Shown piece after piece: positions 11,186-21,163 of a DNA stretch of 64,000 nucleotides. The position numbers were made by a program, and so were the translations under genes. How positions within the stretch are numbered: the stretch's first letter is position 1; each line of letters starts with the position of its first letter. Below the pieces are notes generated by a model. It worked only from the letters and a program-made list of their open reading frames with translations, did no database searches and had not been told where the DNA came from. The stretch is from Flavobacteriales bacterium (GTDB lineage: Bacteria > Bacteroidota > Bacteroidia > Flavobacteriales > BACL11): positions 310,403 through 374,402 of the forward strand of contig PAUF01000007.1 of NCBI GenBank assembly GCA_002712715.1, given 5' to 3'.

Positions 11186-11515
11186 TTTGTTCCTTAAGTC
11201 CACAAGAAACTGTCGTACTTCTTTAAGTTTGTTGATGATTTCAATATTGTTTATTGTATCATTTTTATTTTCTCTTAATTTTTTCTTTGCTCCTTTAAGA
11301 GTAAAGTTCCTTTCTTTTACTAAATGGTATATTATATCAAGGTTTTTTATGTCTTTTTCTGTAAAAAGTCTGTTGCCTTTTTTATTCTTTTTTGGATTTA
11401 GTATATCAAATTCTTTTTCCCAATATCTTATTAGAGATACATTAACTTTATATCTATCTGCCACTTCCCCTATGGAATAGAATAGCTTTGTTATTTCGGT
11501 TTTAATTTTAGGCAT
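11180..11515 (-). CDS. MerR-family helix-turn-helix transcriptional regulator
   Basis: YSIGEVADRYKVNVSLIRYWEKEFD is a MerR-type HTH. Its start abuts the stop of the upstream M23 gene. Confidence 0.8.
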   Translation of the reverse strand: MPKIKTEITKLFYSIGEVADRYKVNVSLIRYWEKEFDILNPKKNKKGNRLFTEKDIKNLDIIYHLVKERNFTLKGAKKKLRENKNDTINNIEIINKLKEVRQFLVDLRNKL

Positions 11516-12486
11516 TAGTCTAACGATTTTTGTTTAGATTCGGATATCTCAACCAGTCTTTCATATTCCTCAATATTTAGATCGTTATAGTAGTAAAATT
11601 TTGGATCTACCTTTTTACCATTTTTTCTAACCTCGTAGTGCAAGTGACTTGCTACCGATGTTCCTGTATTGCCAACTGTTCCAATTTGTTGTCCTCTTTT
11701 AACTCTTTGCCCTTTTTTTACATTAAATTTCTCCATGTGAGCGTATAAGGTTTCGTATCCATATCCATGGTCAATTATTATATAATTACCGTATCCAGTT
11801 CTTCTAGACTTCACTGTTATTACTTTTCCATCTCCAGTAGCGTTAATTCGCGTACCTTCAGGTGCTGAAAAATCCATCCCATAATGAAATTTCCATATCC
11901 CATGAATAGGATGTTTTCTTTTCCCCCATCCGCTTGCAATTCTACTAAGATCTTTATTGTCTAATGGTTGGATAGAGGGTATTGATGATAACATAGCTGA
12001 TTTATTTTTAGCTAATTCAATTAACTCATCATAAGATTTTGACTGAATGTATAGTTTTCTTGCAAGTAGGTCTTTCTTTCGAGTAATGTTGATTATTTTT
12101 TCTGAATTTGACAATTTCTTTAAGTATTTATATTTTTGTGATCCACCAATACCCGCTGACCTTATCGTCTGATCAATTGGATCTGCCTCAAAAATTAATC
12201 TATATATATTTTCATCCCTTTTTTTCATTTCATTTAATACTATAGATATCTCTTTAATATCATTATTAAGTATTTCATATTGAGATATAGTTAATTCAAG
12301 ATCTTTTTTAATCCACTTTTCTTTAGGGCTTTCGAAAAAAAAACTTAATATTAATAGAAGCAATGCTCCAGATACAAAAGTTGATATGATAAAAACAAGT
12401 GTTTTTATTAATTTTTTAAAAGGAGTTTCTTTTATCCTCTGATATTTGAGGGTCTTATTATTATAATAATATTTTACTTTTGCCAT
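11515..12486 (-). CDS. M23 family metallopeptidase (membrane-anchored)
   Basis: N-terminal TM helix, coiled-coil region, HxxxD-type HYGMDF and C-terminal SHLHYEV zinc-ligand motifs. Confidence 0.88.
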   Translation of the reverse strand: MAKVKYYYNNKTLKYQRIKETPFKKLIKTLVFIISTFVSGALLLLILSFFFESPKEKWIKKDLELTISQYEILNNDIKEISIVLNEMKKRDENIYRLIFEADPIDQTIRSAGIGGSQKYKYLKKLSNSEKIINITRKKDLLARKLYIQSKSYDELIELAKNKSAMLSSIPSIQPLDNKDLSRIASGWGKRKHPIHGIWKFHYGMDFSAPEGTRINATGDGKVITVKSRRTGYGNYIIIDHGYGYETLYAHMEKFNVKKGQRVKRGQQIGTVGNTGTSVASHLHYEVRKNGKKVDPKFYYYNDLNIEEYERLVEISESKQKSLD

Positions 12487-12504
12487 AACTTATATCAGCT
12501 CATG

Positions 12505-12512
12505 CAAATATA
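12505..12512 (-). promoter_or_regulatory. Bacteroidota -7 box TATATTTG upstream of the M23/MerR genes
   Basis: The reverse complement of caaatata is a perfect TAnnTTTG, about 19 nt upstream of the ATG at 12486. Confidence 0.45.
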
Positions 12513-12568
12513 TTAAATTAACTGAATATTGTATCTTTACTAAATATTTGAAAAAGGAATATAAAGCT

Positions 12569-15166
12569 ATGAAATCTAAAAAAATTAGAAGTTTATTTTT
12601 GAATTTCTTTAAACAAAAGCATCATAAGATAGTTGAGTCTTCAAGAATTGTGGTAAAAGATGATCCAACTTTAATGTTTACTAATGCTGGAATGAATCAA
12701 TTTAAGGATCTTTTTTTAGGAAATAGTAGTATAGATTTCTCACGTGCTGCAAATTCACAGAAGTGTTTAAGAGTTACTGGTAAACATAATGATTTAGAAG
12801 AGGTTGGACATGATACTTATCACCATACCATGTTTGAAATGTTAGGGAATTGGTCTTTTGGGGATTATTTTAAGGAGGACGCTATCACATGGGCATGGGA
12901 ATTTTTGATAGAAAAGTGTAAATTAGATAAGGATAGAATTTATGTTACTGTTTTCGAAGGTTCTGATGATGATAATTTGGAAAAGGACGTTGAGAGTTAT
13001 AATATCTGGAAAAATTTTTTACATGAAGATAGAATTATAGATGGCAGTAAAAAAGATAATTTTTGGGAAATGGGATCAATTGGCCCATGTGGACCCTGTT
13101 CAGAAATACATTATGACAATAGAGATCACAATGAAAGAATTAAAGTAAAAGGTAGGGACCTTGTAAATCGTGATCATCCTGATGTAATAGAATTATGGAA
13201 TTTAGTGTTTATGCAATTTAATAGAAAATCAGATTCCTCATTAGAGGACTTACCTCAATTGCATGTAGATACAGGAATGGGTTTTGAGAGGCTATGTATG
13301 ATTATGCAAAATGTAAAATCTAATTACGATACTGATATATTTTCATCGATTATAATGCAAATTGAAAAAGGAAGTGGATTTTTATATGGTAAAAAAGATG
13401 AAATAGATATTGCGATGAGAGTAATTGCAGATCATATAAGACCAATTAGTTTCTGTATTGCAGACGGTCAGTTGCCATCTAATGTAGGAGCTGGGTATGT
13501 GGTGAGAAGAATTTTAAGAAGATCTGTCAGATACGCACATACGTTTTTAGGTGTTAAAGATCCATTTGTTTTTAATTTAGTTGATGGATTAATTGATTCT
13601 ATGGGAGATCACTATCCAGAGTTATTGTCTCAGAAAAAATTAGTAAAACAGATTATTCATCAGGAAGAAGTTTCTTTTTTAAGAACTTTAGAAAAAGGCT
13701 TAAATAGATTAAATTTAATTTTAAAAACAAGTAAGAAAATTGTTTCTGGAAAAGTAGCCTTTGAATTATATGACACATATGGTTTTCCGCTGGATTTGAC
13801 TCAGCTAATTATTTCTGAAAATAATTTTGAATTAGAAATATCTTCTTTTTACGAAGAGATGCGAAAGCAAAAAGATAGATCAAGGCTGTCTGCATCTTCA
13901 GAAATGGAAGATTGGACGGTCCTTTTAGATGAAGATGTAGAATTTATTGGTCATGAAAAAACTGATATTGTAATAAAGATATTAAAATATAGAAAAGTTA
14001 CTACGAATGATAAAACATTATACCATTTAGTTTTCAATTTGACTCCTTTTTATCCAGAAGGTGGTGGTCAGATAGGAGACAAGGGAGTAATTTCTAGTGG
14101 TGAAGATCGAGTTGAGATTTTAGATACAAAAAGAGAAAATAATTTAATATTTCATATTTCTTCTCATCTTCCAAATAATCTTGAATCTTCATTTTTAGCA
14201 GAGGTTAATCTTATTCATAGAGATTCTTGTTCACGAAGCCATTCTGCTACTCATTTACTTCATGGTTTTTTAAGGAAGCAACTTGGAGAACACGTGGAGC
14301 AAAAAGGATCTCATGTATCAAATGATCAATTAAGATTTGATTTTACTCATTTTGCCTCATTAGATAAAATGATCATAAGTCAATTAGAGAAATCAGTCAA
14401 TGCATTCATTAATAGTGATGTAAATTTAAAAGAACATAAGAATGTATCTCTGGGTGAAGCTAAAAAAATGAACGCTATGATGTTATTTGGGGAAAAATAT
14501 CCAGAAGAAGTAAGAGTGATTCAATTTGGTGATTTCTTAGAGCTATGCGGAGGTACTCATGTTCAGTCTACTGCAGGTATAGGTTCATTTAAAATAATTT
14601 CTGAAAAATCTGTATCAGCAGGTGTCAGGAGAGTTGAGGCAATTGTTGGAGATAAATTTAAAAAATATAAAAAAGACATGGAAGATAAATTAAATAAGCT
14701 AGAGTTGTTATTAAAGAATAAGGATGTTATTAAGGCTGTAGAGGATTTAATATCCGAAAACAAGTTTTTACAGACTGAAATCCAAAACTTTAAAAAAAAG
14801 GAGCTTGATGATTTGAAGGAAATCCTTTTTAGGGATATTATAGATGTCAATGGAATAAATTTAATCATAAAAGAAGTGGATATTGACGCTAAATCTATGA
14901 AATCCTTATCATTTATTATAAAATCTTCTCATAATAATATTGTTGTACTGTTGTCCAACACTTATAAAGATAAAGTAACTTTATCTTTAATGATTTCAGA
15001 TGATTTAGTCATTAGAGGTTTTAATGCTTCTGATTTAATTAAAGATATCTCATTAGAGATAGATGGTAGTGGTGGAGGACAACCATCTTTTGCTGTCGCG
15101 GGAGGTACTAAAACTAGTGGAGTGGTTAAAGCTTTTGCTGTATTAAAAGATAAATTAAGATCATAA
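12569..15166 (+). CDS. alaS: alanine--tRNA ligase
   Basis: FTNAGMNQFK, HHTMFEMLGNWSFGDYFK and the C-terminal GGGQPSFAVAGG (DHHA1) motifs. The ATG at 12569 is preferred over the TTG at 12548. Confidence 0.96.
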   Translation: MKSKKIRSLFLNFFKQKHHKIVESSRIVVKDDPTLMFTNAGMNQFKDLFLGNSSIDFSRAANSQKCLRVTGKHNDLEEVGHDTYHHTMFEMLGNWSFGDYFKEDAITWAWEFLIEKCKLDKDRIYVTVFEGSDDDNLEKDVESYNIWKNFLHEDRIIDGSKKDNFWEMGSIGPCGPCSEIHYDNRDHNERIKVKGRDLVNRDHPDVIELWNLVFMQFNRKSDSSLEDLPQLHVDTGMGFERLCMIMQNVKSNYDTDIFSSIIMQIEKGSGFLYGKKDEIDIAMRVIADHIRPISFCIADGQLPSNVGAGYVVRRILRRSVRYAHTFLGVKDPFVFNLVDGLIDSMGDHYPELLSQKKLVKQIIHQEEVSFLRTLEKGLNRLNLILKTSKKIVSGKVAFELYDTYGFPLDLTQLIISENNFELEISSFYEEMRKQKDRSRLSASSEMEDWTVLLDEDVEFIGHEKTDIVIKILKYRKVTTNDKTLYHLVFNLTPFYPEGGGQIGDKGVISSGEDRVEILDTKRENNLIFHISSHLPNNLESSFLAEVNLIHRDSCSRSHSATHLLHGFLRKQLGEHVEQKGSHVSNDQLRFDFTHFASLDKMIISQLEKSVNAFINSDVNLKEHKNVSLGEAKKMNAMMLFGEKYPEEVRVIQFGDFLELCGGTHVQSTAGIGSFKIISEKSVSAGVRRVEAIVGDKFKKYKKDMEDKLNKLELLLKNKDVIKAVEDLISENKFLQTEIQNFKKKELDDLKEILFRDIIDVNGINLIIKEVDIDAKSMKSLSFIIKSSHNNIVVLLSNTYKDKVTLSLMISDDLVIRGFNASDLIKDISLEIDGSGGGQPSFAVAGGTKTSGVVKAFAVLKDKLRS

Positions 15167-15195
15167 AAAAACCATCTACATTGTAGATGGTTTTA
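15165..15195. terminator. bidirectional rho-independent terminator between alaS and the small OMP gene
   Basis: 8-bp stem accatcta/tagatggt with a 5-nt loop, flanked by an A-run on one side and a T-run on the other. Confidence 0.7.
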
Positions 15196-15219
15196 ATTTA
15201 ATTAGTTCAAGGAAGGATT

Positions 15220-15645
15220 TTAGAATCTCCAAGAAAGACCTATATTGAATTTACCTTCTCTTTCATCATTTTCGTCTGCTTGTATTGGCATTAAGTAGTT
15301 TGGCTCAATGTGTAGTCCATTCCATATAGGAAATGAAACTCCAACACCAATTCTCATGTTGTCTGTAGCATCAGAAAGAGGAGCTTGTAATGCCGCGTAC
15401 ATGCCATCAACCATTGGTAAAGAATATCTACCGAATATTTCGTAAGCATCATCACCGTTAGCATCTTTTGCTCTAACCGCTCCTACAGTAATTGCATCAT
15501 TTACAACATATCCGATACCTGCATGAGCTGTCAGCTTATCCATGTTTTCTTCTTGATCACCATCGTAAGTAGTTACAAGCATAAGTTGTGCAGAAGCTGC
15601 TAAGCTGAATAAAGCTACTACTGCAGTTAAAAATAATTTTTTCAT
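15220..15645 (-). CDS. small outer-membrane beta-barrel protein
   Basis: Signal peptide MKKLFLTAVVALFSLAASAQ, alternating beta-strand pattern and a C-terminal ...GLSWRF aromatic terminus. Confidence 0.65.
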   Translation of the reverse strand: MKKLFLTAVVALFSLAASAQLMLVTTYDGDQEENMDKLTAHAGIGYVVNDAITVGAVRAKDANGDDAYEIFGRYSLPMVDGMYAALQAPLSDATDNMRIGVGVSFPIWNGLHIEPNYLMPIQADENDEREGKFNIGLSWRF

Positions 15646-15673
15646 TTTTCTTATTTTAATGATTAATATGAGG

Positions 15674-15681
15674 CAAATATA
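15674..15681 (-). promoter_or_regulatory. Bacteroidota -7 box TATATTTG for the 141-aa OMP gene
   Basis: The reverse complement of caaatata is a perfect TAnnTTTG, about 29 nt upstream of the ATG at 15645. Confidence 0.5.
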
Positions 15682-15756
15682 TGATGATTTTTAGATATAC
15701 AAAACAATTAATATCAATTTTAATAACAAAATGTTGTTAATTCTAGATAATAGTAT

Positions 15757-15788
15757 AAAAAAAAAGGGGATCAAATGATCCCCTTTTT
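15757..15788 (-). terminator. rho-independent terminator of the porin-like gene
   Basis: Stem ggggatc/gatcccc with a 4-nt loop. On the minus strand it is followed by a run of 9 T. Confidence 0.75.
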
Positions 15789-15809
15789 CATAACTTTATA
15801 GTGTAGTTA

Positions 15810-16778
15810 TTACATAGTGATTGTAACTGTTAACCATGTAACATCTTCTGCACCATCATTTGACCATCTGTACATTCCTAAGTCACAGTTATCGTTTAAT
15901 GAATAACCTAACATTAAAGATGTAGATTCTCTCTCAGTACCAGCAGCGTCATTAGATATAGAGTGTCTTGTATATCCTAATGAAATACCACTTAATGAGT
16001 AAGTAATTCCCATAGATGTGTTTTTGTCACCAGCTACTAAACCACCTGGTCCACCTAAGTTACCATTTGCGTAACCTGTGTTCCATGCTGATGTAGCCAT
16101 TCCAAAGTCACCTTTGTACTCAGTTTGAGATACAGTAGCAACTAAGTTAGAAACACCTGAATAGCTTCCGCTATACATAGTCATTTCATCACCATCCCAG
16201 TCAGAGTTCATGCTAGCTGATACAGCAAAGTCTCCCATAGTATAACCTAAGTCATATCCATGAGCTTTTGCATTTGCACCATCTGTGTCATCTGACATCA
16301 TAAGAATGTTAACGTCTGCTCCAGCAAAACTACCTGAAGCGTTTACATAACTTACATTAGTGTTTAAATCCATCATACCAGCAGTGATGTCTAAACCAGC
16401 TAGAGCTAAATTGAAATTTAGTCCTTGCGTAGTGTATCTTTGAGTACCAAAACTGTTAGATGAAATTAAAGCTCCAGATCCATAACTAAGGTCTTGTTGT
16501 CCCATAGTTAATGTACCAAAGCCCATAACGTCTGTTGAAGCATATGCTTCATAAACGCTCATGTTAACACCAGCATCTCCAGATAAAGCATAGCTCCAGT
16601 CTGTAGACACGTGAATTCCTCCCCAATCAGCAGAAACAGTAGTTCTTGAATTACCAGTTCTGTCTTCAGAATTAGAATTGTCAATCCAAGTTTTGTTAAC
16701 AGCTCCCATTTGTGAGAAAGCGATTGTTGTAGTTAGTCCTAAAGCAAGAACTAATACGTTACGTAGATTTTTTTTCAT
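15810..16778 (-). CDS. porin-like outer-membrane beta-barrel protein
   Basis: Signal peptide ending TTIAFSQ. The mature part is G/S/T/D/N-rich and nearly Lys-free with an alternating strand pattern. It has its own promoter box and terminator. Confidence 0.6.
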   Translation of the reverse strand: MKKNLRNVLVLALGLTTTIAFSQMGAVNKTWIDNSNSEDRTGNSRTTVSADWGGIHVSTDWSYALSGDAGVNMSVYEAYASTDVMGFGTLTMGQQDLSYGSGALISSNSFGTQRYTTQGLNFNLALAGLDITAGMMDLNTNVSYVNASGSFAGADVNILMMSDDTDGANAKAHGYDLGYTMGDFAVSASMNSDWDGDEMTMYSGSYSGVSNLVATVSQTEYKGDFGMATSAWNTGYANGNLGGPGGLVAGDKNTSMGITYSLSGISLGYTRHSISNDAAGTERESTSLMLGYSLNDNCDLGMYRWSNDGAEDVTWLTVTITM

Positions 16779-16813
16779 AATTTTAATTTTTATGTTTTTC
16801 GGTTAATACGTGG

Positions 16814-16821
16814 CAAATGTA
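16814..16821 (-). promoter_or_regulatory. Bacteroidota -7 box TACATTTG for the porin-like gene
   Basis: The reverse complement of caaatgta matches TAnnTTTG, about 36 nt upstream of the ATG at 16778. Confidence 0.5.
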
Positions 16822-17032
16822 AGTATATCTACGCTTTTGGCAAATACTATTGTTCATGTTTTTTAACAAATTAATGTTCACATTCATCATAACTAACTTG
16901 TAATCAATTACTTAATCTATTATTTTTATTGCAATAAATTTTAAAATTTTAGGCTATTTTATTGAAAAATAACGTGTTTTTTGTTAAAATATAGATTTGT
17001 ATTGTAGAAATGTTTCAACTTTAGAAACTTTA

Positions 17033-18145
17033 CTAACCAAACATTTCTTTTACCTTTTGGAAGAATGATTTATCCTGATTAGTTGGTTTGGGGCTAAAAC
17101 TTGTTGAATTTTCATGTTTTGTGAAAAACTCCTTTTCTTCTTTGGTTATGTTTTGAGGTGTCCAAACATTTATGTGTACTAGCAAATCTCCATTACTATA
17201 TCCATTAATCGATGGCACTCCTTTATTTCTTAGCCTAAGTGTTTTTCCACTATGTGTCCCTTCATCTATCTTTACTCTAACTTTCCCGTCTACTGTTGGA
17301 ATTTCAATAGAACATCCTAATACAGCTTCAGAAAAATTTATGTATTGATCTATATGTAAGTTATTATTACTGTCTCTAGTTAGTCTTTCATGCTCTTCTA
17401 TAGATATTACTACTAATAAATCTCCATTAACTCCATCAAATGGCGCTGAGTTTCCTTTTCCGGATACTTTAAGCTGCATTCCATCTTCCACACCAGCGGG
17501 AATAGAAATCTCAATTGTTTCCTCTTTTTGAATCATTCCATTTTGATCTGAACCAGCTGGCTTATTATCTACTATTTTTCCAGCTCCTTTACATGTAGGA
17601 CAAGTGGATGATGTTTGCATTTGGCCAAGAATAGTATTGCTAATTCGGGTTACTTGTCCTGTTCCCTTGCAAGTTGAACATGTTTTGTACGTTACCCCAT
17701 CAGCAATTACTAATTTTCTAACTTTAAGCTTCTTATCCACACCTTTACAAACTTCTTCTAGGCCTAGTTTGAGTTTTATTCTTAAGTTAGTTCCTTTTAT
17801 AACGCGTTGTCTACTACCTCCGCCAAATCCACCAAATCCACCAAATCCACCTCCAAATATATCTCCAAATTGAGAGAATATGTCATCCATATTCATCCCA
17901 CCTCCAAAGCCGCTTGATCCAGACATTCCTGCATGCCCAAATTGGTCATATCTTTGTTTTTTTTCTGGGTTTGAAAGAACATTATAAGCTTCTGCTGCTT
18001 CTTTAAATTTTTCTTCAGCACTTTTGTCATTTGGATTTTTATCTGGGTGATACTTTATAGCCAGTTTTCTATATGCTTTCTTAATTTCTTTTTCAGAGGA
18101 ATTTTTGCTTACACCTAATACATCATAATAATCTTTTTTTGCCAT
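17033..18145 (-). CDS. dnaJ: molecular chaperone DnaJ
   Basis: J domain with KYHPDKN, a G/F-rich linker and four CxxCxGxG zinc-finger repeats. Confidence 0.97.
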   Translation of the reverse strand: MAKKDYYDVLGVSKNSSEKEIKKAYRKLAIKYHPDKNPNDKSAEEKFKEAAEAYNVLSNPEKKQRYDQFGHAGMSGSSGFGGGMNMDDIFSQFGDIFGGGFGGFGGFGGGSRQRVIKGTNLRIKLKLGLEEVCKGVDKKLKVRKLVIADGVTYKTCSTCKGTGQVTRISNTILGQMQTSSTCPTCKGAGKIVDNKPAGSDQNGMIQKEETIEISIPAGVEDGMQLKVSGKGNSAPFDGVNGDLLVVISIEEHERLTRDSNNNLHIDQYINFSEAVLGCSIEIPTVDGKVRVKIDEGTHSGKTLRLRNKGVPSINGYSNGDLLVHINVWTPQNITKEEKEFFTKHENSTSFSPKPTNQDKSFFQKVKEMFG

Positions 18146-18151
18146 ATTACT

Positions 18152-18616
18152 TTATTTACCTACTACTACTTTAGCGTATCTAATTATTTTATCATTCATT
18201 ATATAACCTTTCTCTACAGTATCAATAATTTTTCCAATATCTTTTTTCTTTTCAGTTTTAACTTGAGTTATAGCTTCATGATAGTTTATATCAAATTTTT
18301 TTCCAATAGGATTTTCGATCTCAGAAAGTCCTTGTTTTTCTAGTATTCCTTTTAGTTGATTATAAATTAAGAAAGGACCGTCATCTTTTTTATAATTATT
18401 AGCAGATATAGACCTTTCAAAGTTATCTAGTATTGGAAGTAATGACTGGATAATTTCTTTATTTGCTGAAGAATATAAATCTAATTTTTCTTTGGCGGTT
18501 CTTTTTCTAAAATTTTCAAATTCTGCAAATAGTCTTAAATTTTTATCTTTTTCTAGAGATAGTAATTCTTTATAGTTTTCTGATTCTTTTTTAACTTGTT
18601 TCTTTTTTTTTGCCAT
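18152..18616 (-). CDS. grpE: nucleotide exchange factor GrpE
   Basis: RLFAEFENFRKRT motif, located immediately upstream of dnaJ. Confidence 0.92.
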   Translation of the reverse strand: MAKKKKQVKKESENYKELLSLEKDKNLRLFAEFENFRKRTAKEKLDLYSSANKEIIQSLLPILDNFERSISANNYKKDDGPFLIYNQLKGILEKQGLSEIENPIGKKFDINYHEAITQVKTEKKKDIGKIIDTVEKGYIMNDKIIRYAKVVVGK

Positions 18617-18662
18617 TCTATTTCATGTTTATTAAATAATATTGAAAAAACCCTGCCATACC

Positions 18663-18670
18663 CAAAAATA
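18663..18670 (-). promoter_or_regulatory. Bacteroidota -7 box TATTTTTG upstream of grpE-dnaJ
   Basis: The reverse complement of caaaaata matches TAnnTTTG, about 47 nt upstream of the grpE ATG. Confidence 0.4.
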
Positions 18671-18698
18671 CGACATATTGTCAGTTCAAATTATCTAT

Positions 18699-20003
18699 TC
18701 AAATTCTTTGTATGCGTGCTCCGATGGAGTTTAATCTAATATCTATATTTTGGTATCCTCTGTCAATTTGTTCAACATTGTGAATAGTACTTTCTCCATC
18801 AGCAGCCAATGCCGCTAATAAGAGAGATACCCCAGCTCTAATATCAGGAGAGGTCATTGTTGTTGGTTTAAATTTAAATTTATGATTTAGTCCTATAACA
18901 GTAGCTCTATGAGGGTCACATAATATTATTTGAGCTCCCATATCTATTAGTTTGTCAACAAAGAATAATCTTGATTCAAACATCTTTTGATGAACCAGAA
19001 CTGATCCTTTAGCTTGCGAAGCTACTACTAGTATAATGCTTAGTAAGTCTGGTGTAAAACCTGGCCATGGGGCATCTGAAATAGTTAGAATAGACCCATC
19101 AATAAAGTTTTGTATTTCATATTCTTCTTGTTTTGGAATGAAAATATCATCACCTTTTTTTTCAATTTGGATACCTAGTTTTGAAAAAATAGTAGGTATA
19201 AGGCCTAGTTTAGAATAATTTACATTTTTTATGGTGATTTCTGACTTAGTAATTGCCGCTAGTCCGATAAAACTACCTATTTCTATCATATCAGGAAGTA
19301 TAGTGTGTGTACATCCACTTAACCTGCTAACTCCAATAATTTCTAGAAGATTAGATCCGATGCCTGAAATTTGAGCTCCCATACTAGCCAGCATATTACA
19401 CAATTGTTGTATATATGGTTCGCATGCGGCATTATATATGGTAGTTTTACCTTTACACATGACAGCTGTCATTATAATATTTGCTGTTCCTGTGACAGAA
19501 GCTTCTTCTAAAAGCATGTCTGTTCCTTTTAAGTTATTTGCAGATACTTGATAGATTTCTTCTTTTTTATTATAATTAAATTTTGCTCCTAGTTTTTCAA
19601 ATCCAATAAAATGAGTGTCTAATCGTCTTCTCCCGATTTTGTCACCTCCTGGTTTCGGGATATAACCTTTTCCAAATCTAGCCAAAAGCGGTCCTATGAT
19701 CATTATAGATCCTCTAATACTACCGCTTTTTTTCTTATATTCTTCTGAAGCTAAATAATCTATATTGATTTTATCTGCTTTAAAACTATAGGTTGATTCA
19801 TCTATCTGATTAATTTGCACATTTAAATCTTTGAGTAGATCAATAAGTATATTTACATCTCTAATATTAGGAATATTGTTAATGATTATTTTTTCTGGCG
19901 AAAGTAATATAGCAGATATAACTTGTAAAGCTTCATTTTTTGCTCCCTGTGGTGTTAACTCACCTTTTAGAGAAATACCTCCTTGAACTTTAAAAGTAGA
20001 CAT
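18699..20003 (-). CDS. murA: UDP-N-acetylglucosamine 1-carboxyvinyltransferase
   Basis: 434 aa. The N-terminus F.V.GG..L.GE......KNEAL and the overall EPSP-synthase-fold repeats are typical of MurA. Confidence 0.95.
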   Translation of the reverse strand: MSTFKVQGGISLKGELTPQGAKNEALQVISAILLSPEKIIINNIPNIRDVNILIDLLKDLNVQINQIDESTYSFKADKINIDYLASEEYKKKSGSIRGSIMIIGPLLARFGKGYIPKPGGDKIGRRRLDTHFIGFEKLGAKFNYNKKEEIYQVSANNLKGTDMLLEEASVTGTANIIMTAVMCKGKTTIYNAACEPYIQQLCNMLASMGAQISGIGSNLLEIIGVSRLSGCTHTILPDMIEIGSFIGLAAITKSEITIKNVNYSKLGLIPTIFSKLGIQIEKKGDDIFIPKQEEYEIQNFIDGSILTISDAPWPGFTPDLLSIILVVASQAKGSVLVHQKMFESRLFFVDKLIDMGAQIILCDPHRATVIGLNHKFKFKPTTMTSPDIRAGVSLLLAALAADGESTIHNVEQIDRGYQNIDIRLNSIGARIQRI

Positions 20004-20620
20004 TAGTTTCTTTTTTTCTTATTTCTAGAATTATTTTTCTTCTTCCAGATATGTTTGTTATTTGGTTTTTTAGCAATTTTATGATCTTCAATGAGAACGA
20101 AATCTTCTTTTGTCTTCAGTTGACCGTTAGATAATTCATTCAAATGTTTTAAAATTGTTGCGTTGTCAACTGAACTTTTACTCCATGTTAGGTAGCATTT
20201 TTTCATATGGTTTGCTATCATACCAGTAATAATGTATTTTTCTTCTTTATTTTCCATTGCTATAGCCGTCTTGATCATAGTTTGAATTTGGTTACCATAA
20301 TAAGAGTATTTTATATTACTTTTTGGGTAATTAAGTTTCTCAGGTTTTTCCGATAGTTTTTCAGGAGATGGTTTTTCAAATGGAGATTCAATATCAAGTT
20401 TAAAATCTGACATGATATATAAATGGTCCCATAATTTATGTTTATAATCAGCAATATCTCTAAGATGTGGATTCAGATGTCCCATAAAGCTAATAATTGC
20501 GGTTACACATTTTTTTTGTTCTTTTTTATCAGATATGCTTGCTGCGTGATTGACCATTTTCTGAACATGTCTTCCATATTCTGGTATTATAAGTTTATTT
20601 CTTTTAGTATTGTATTCCAT
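20003..20620 (-). CDS. DUF4290 domain protein
   Basis: The N-terminus LIIPEYGRHVQKMVNHA is typical of DUF4290. It overlaps the murA start by 1 nt, a synteny common in Bacteroidota. Confidence 0.7.
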   Translation of the reverse strand: MEYNTKRNKLIIPEYGRHVQKMVNHAASISDKKEQKKCVTAIISFMGHLNPHLRDIADYKHKLWDHLYIMSDFKLDIESPFEKPSPEKLSEKPEKLNYPKSNIKYSYYGNQIQTMIKTAIAMENKEEKYIITGMIANHMKKCYLTWSKSSVDNATILKHLNELSNGQLKTKEDFVLIEDHKIAKKPNNKHIWKKKNNSRNKKKRN

Positions 20621-20637
20621 AATTTATTGTGTGTAGG

Positions 20638-20645
20638 CAAATATA
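20638..20645 (-). promoter_or_regulatory. Bacteroidota -7 box TATATTTG upstream of DUF4290-murA
   Basis: The reverse complement of caaatata is a perfect TAnnTTTG, 18 nt upstream of the ATG at 20620. Confidence 0.45.
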
Positions 20646-20656
20646 ATATATCTCTA

Positions 20657-21163
20657 TTAAATTTTCTTAATTACTTTATGCAATTTATTGTATGCATTTA
20701 AAAATCTATTTTCACCTTTAACTAAAAAATAATTCATTTTGTTGTTTTGTAATTCTTTAATATATAAATTAAATAAATCTTCTCTATTTTTAGGATTTTC
20801 CCTCAAGGGATCATATTCCCATTCAATATCCGGCTTACATAATAGGTAAATCCTATCACTTTTATTCTGTTCATCTATTTTCTTTAGAATCCACTTATGA
20901 CAGTGACTATATTTATATTCACTCCAAATTTTAATGGTAATTAAATCTGTATCGCAGATAATTGCTTGTTTATATTTTTGTTCATTATTGTATTGTTGTT
21001 TAGCAATTTTCAGAAGATCTGACTGTATATATTGTCGATTAATATGATTTAGATATTCTCTAGAGTACTCTGAAACAAGAGGTAAATCTAATTGATTAGA
21101 TAATTGCTTTGCCAGTGTGGTTTTGCCACTGCTTTCAGGCCCTGTAATAATTATTTTATACAT
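20657..21163 (-). CDS. NadR-type ribosylnicotinamide kinase-like P-loop ATPase
   Basis: Walker A GPESSGKTTLAKQL, 168 aa. Its start overlaps the stop of pnuC by 8 nt. Confidence 0.7.
   Translation of the reverse strand: MYKIIITGPESSGKTTLAKQLSNQLDLPLVSEYSREYLNHINRQYIQSDLLKIAKQQYNNEQKYKQAIICDTDLITIKIWSEYKYSHCHKWILKKIDEQNKSDRIYLLCKPDIEWEYDPLRENPKNREDLFNLYIKELQNNKMNYFLVKGENRFLNAYNKLHKVIKKI

Noticed and set aside
11187-11480. 97-aa plus-strand ORF
   Set aside because: It is antisense to the MerR-family regulator gene. It is a low-complexity Phe/Leu/Ser-rich translation typical of AT-rich shadow frames.
12548-12568. TTG start for alaS
   Set aside because: The ATG at 12569 gives the usual AlaS N-terminus (MKSKKIRSLFLNFF) and is preferred. 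The 7 extra codons have no support.
16900-16960. AT-only palindromes (tttattgcaataaa, aaattttaaaattt) upstream of the porin-like gene as an operator site
   Set aside because: Short AT palindromes are expected by chance in DNA this AT-rich. They have no second copy or conserved spacing to support a regulatory role.
17819-17856. Tandem 9-bp repeat (ccaccaaat-type, about four copies)
   Set aside because: It encodes the DnaJ G/F region ([12 protein letters not shown]). It is a coding low-complexity tract, not a regulatory or mobile repeat.
17604-17873. 89-aa plus-strand ORF with a [17 protein letters not shown] tract
   Set aside because: It is antisense to the Gly/Phe-rich linker of dnaJ. The proline/asparagine repeat is simply the reverse reading of [11 protein letters not shown] codons.
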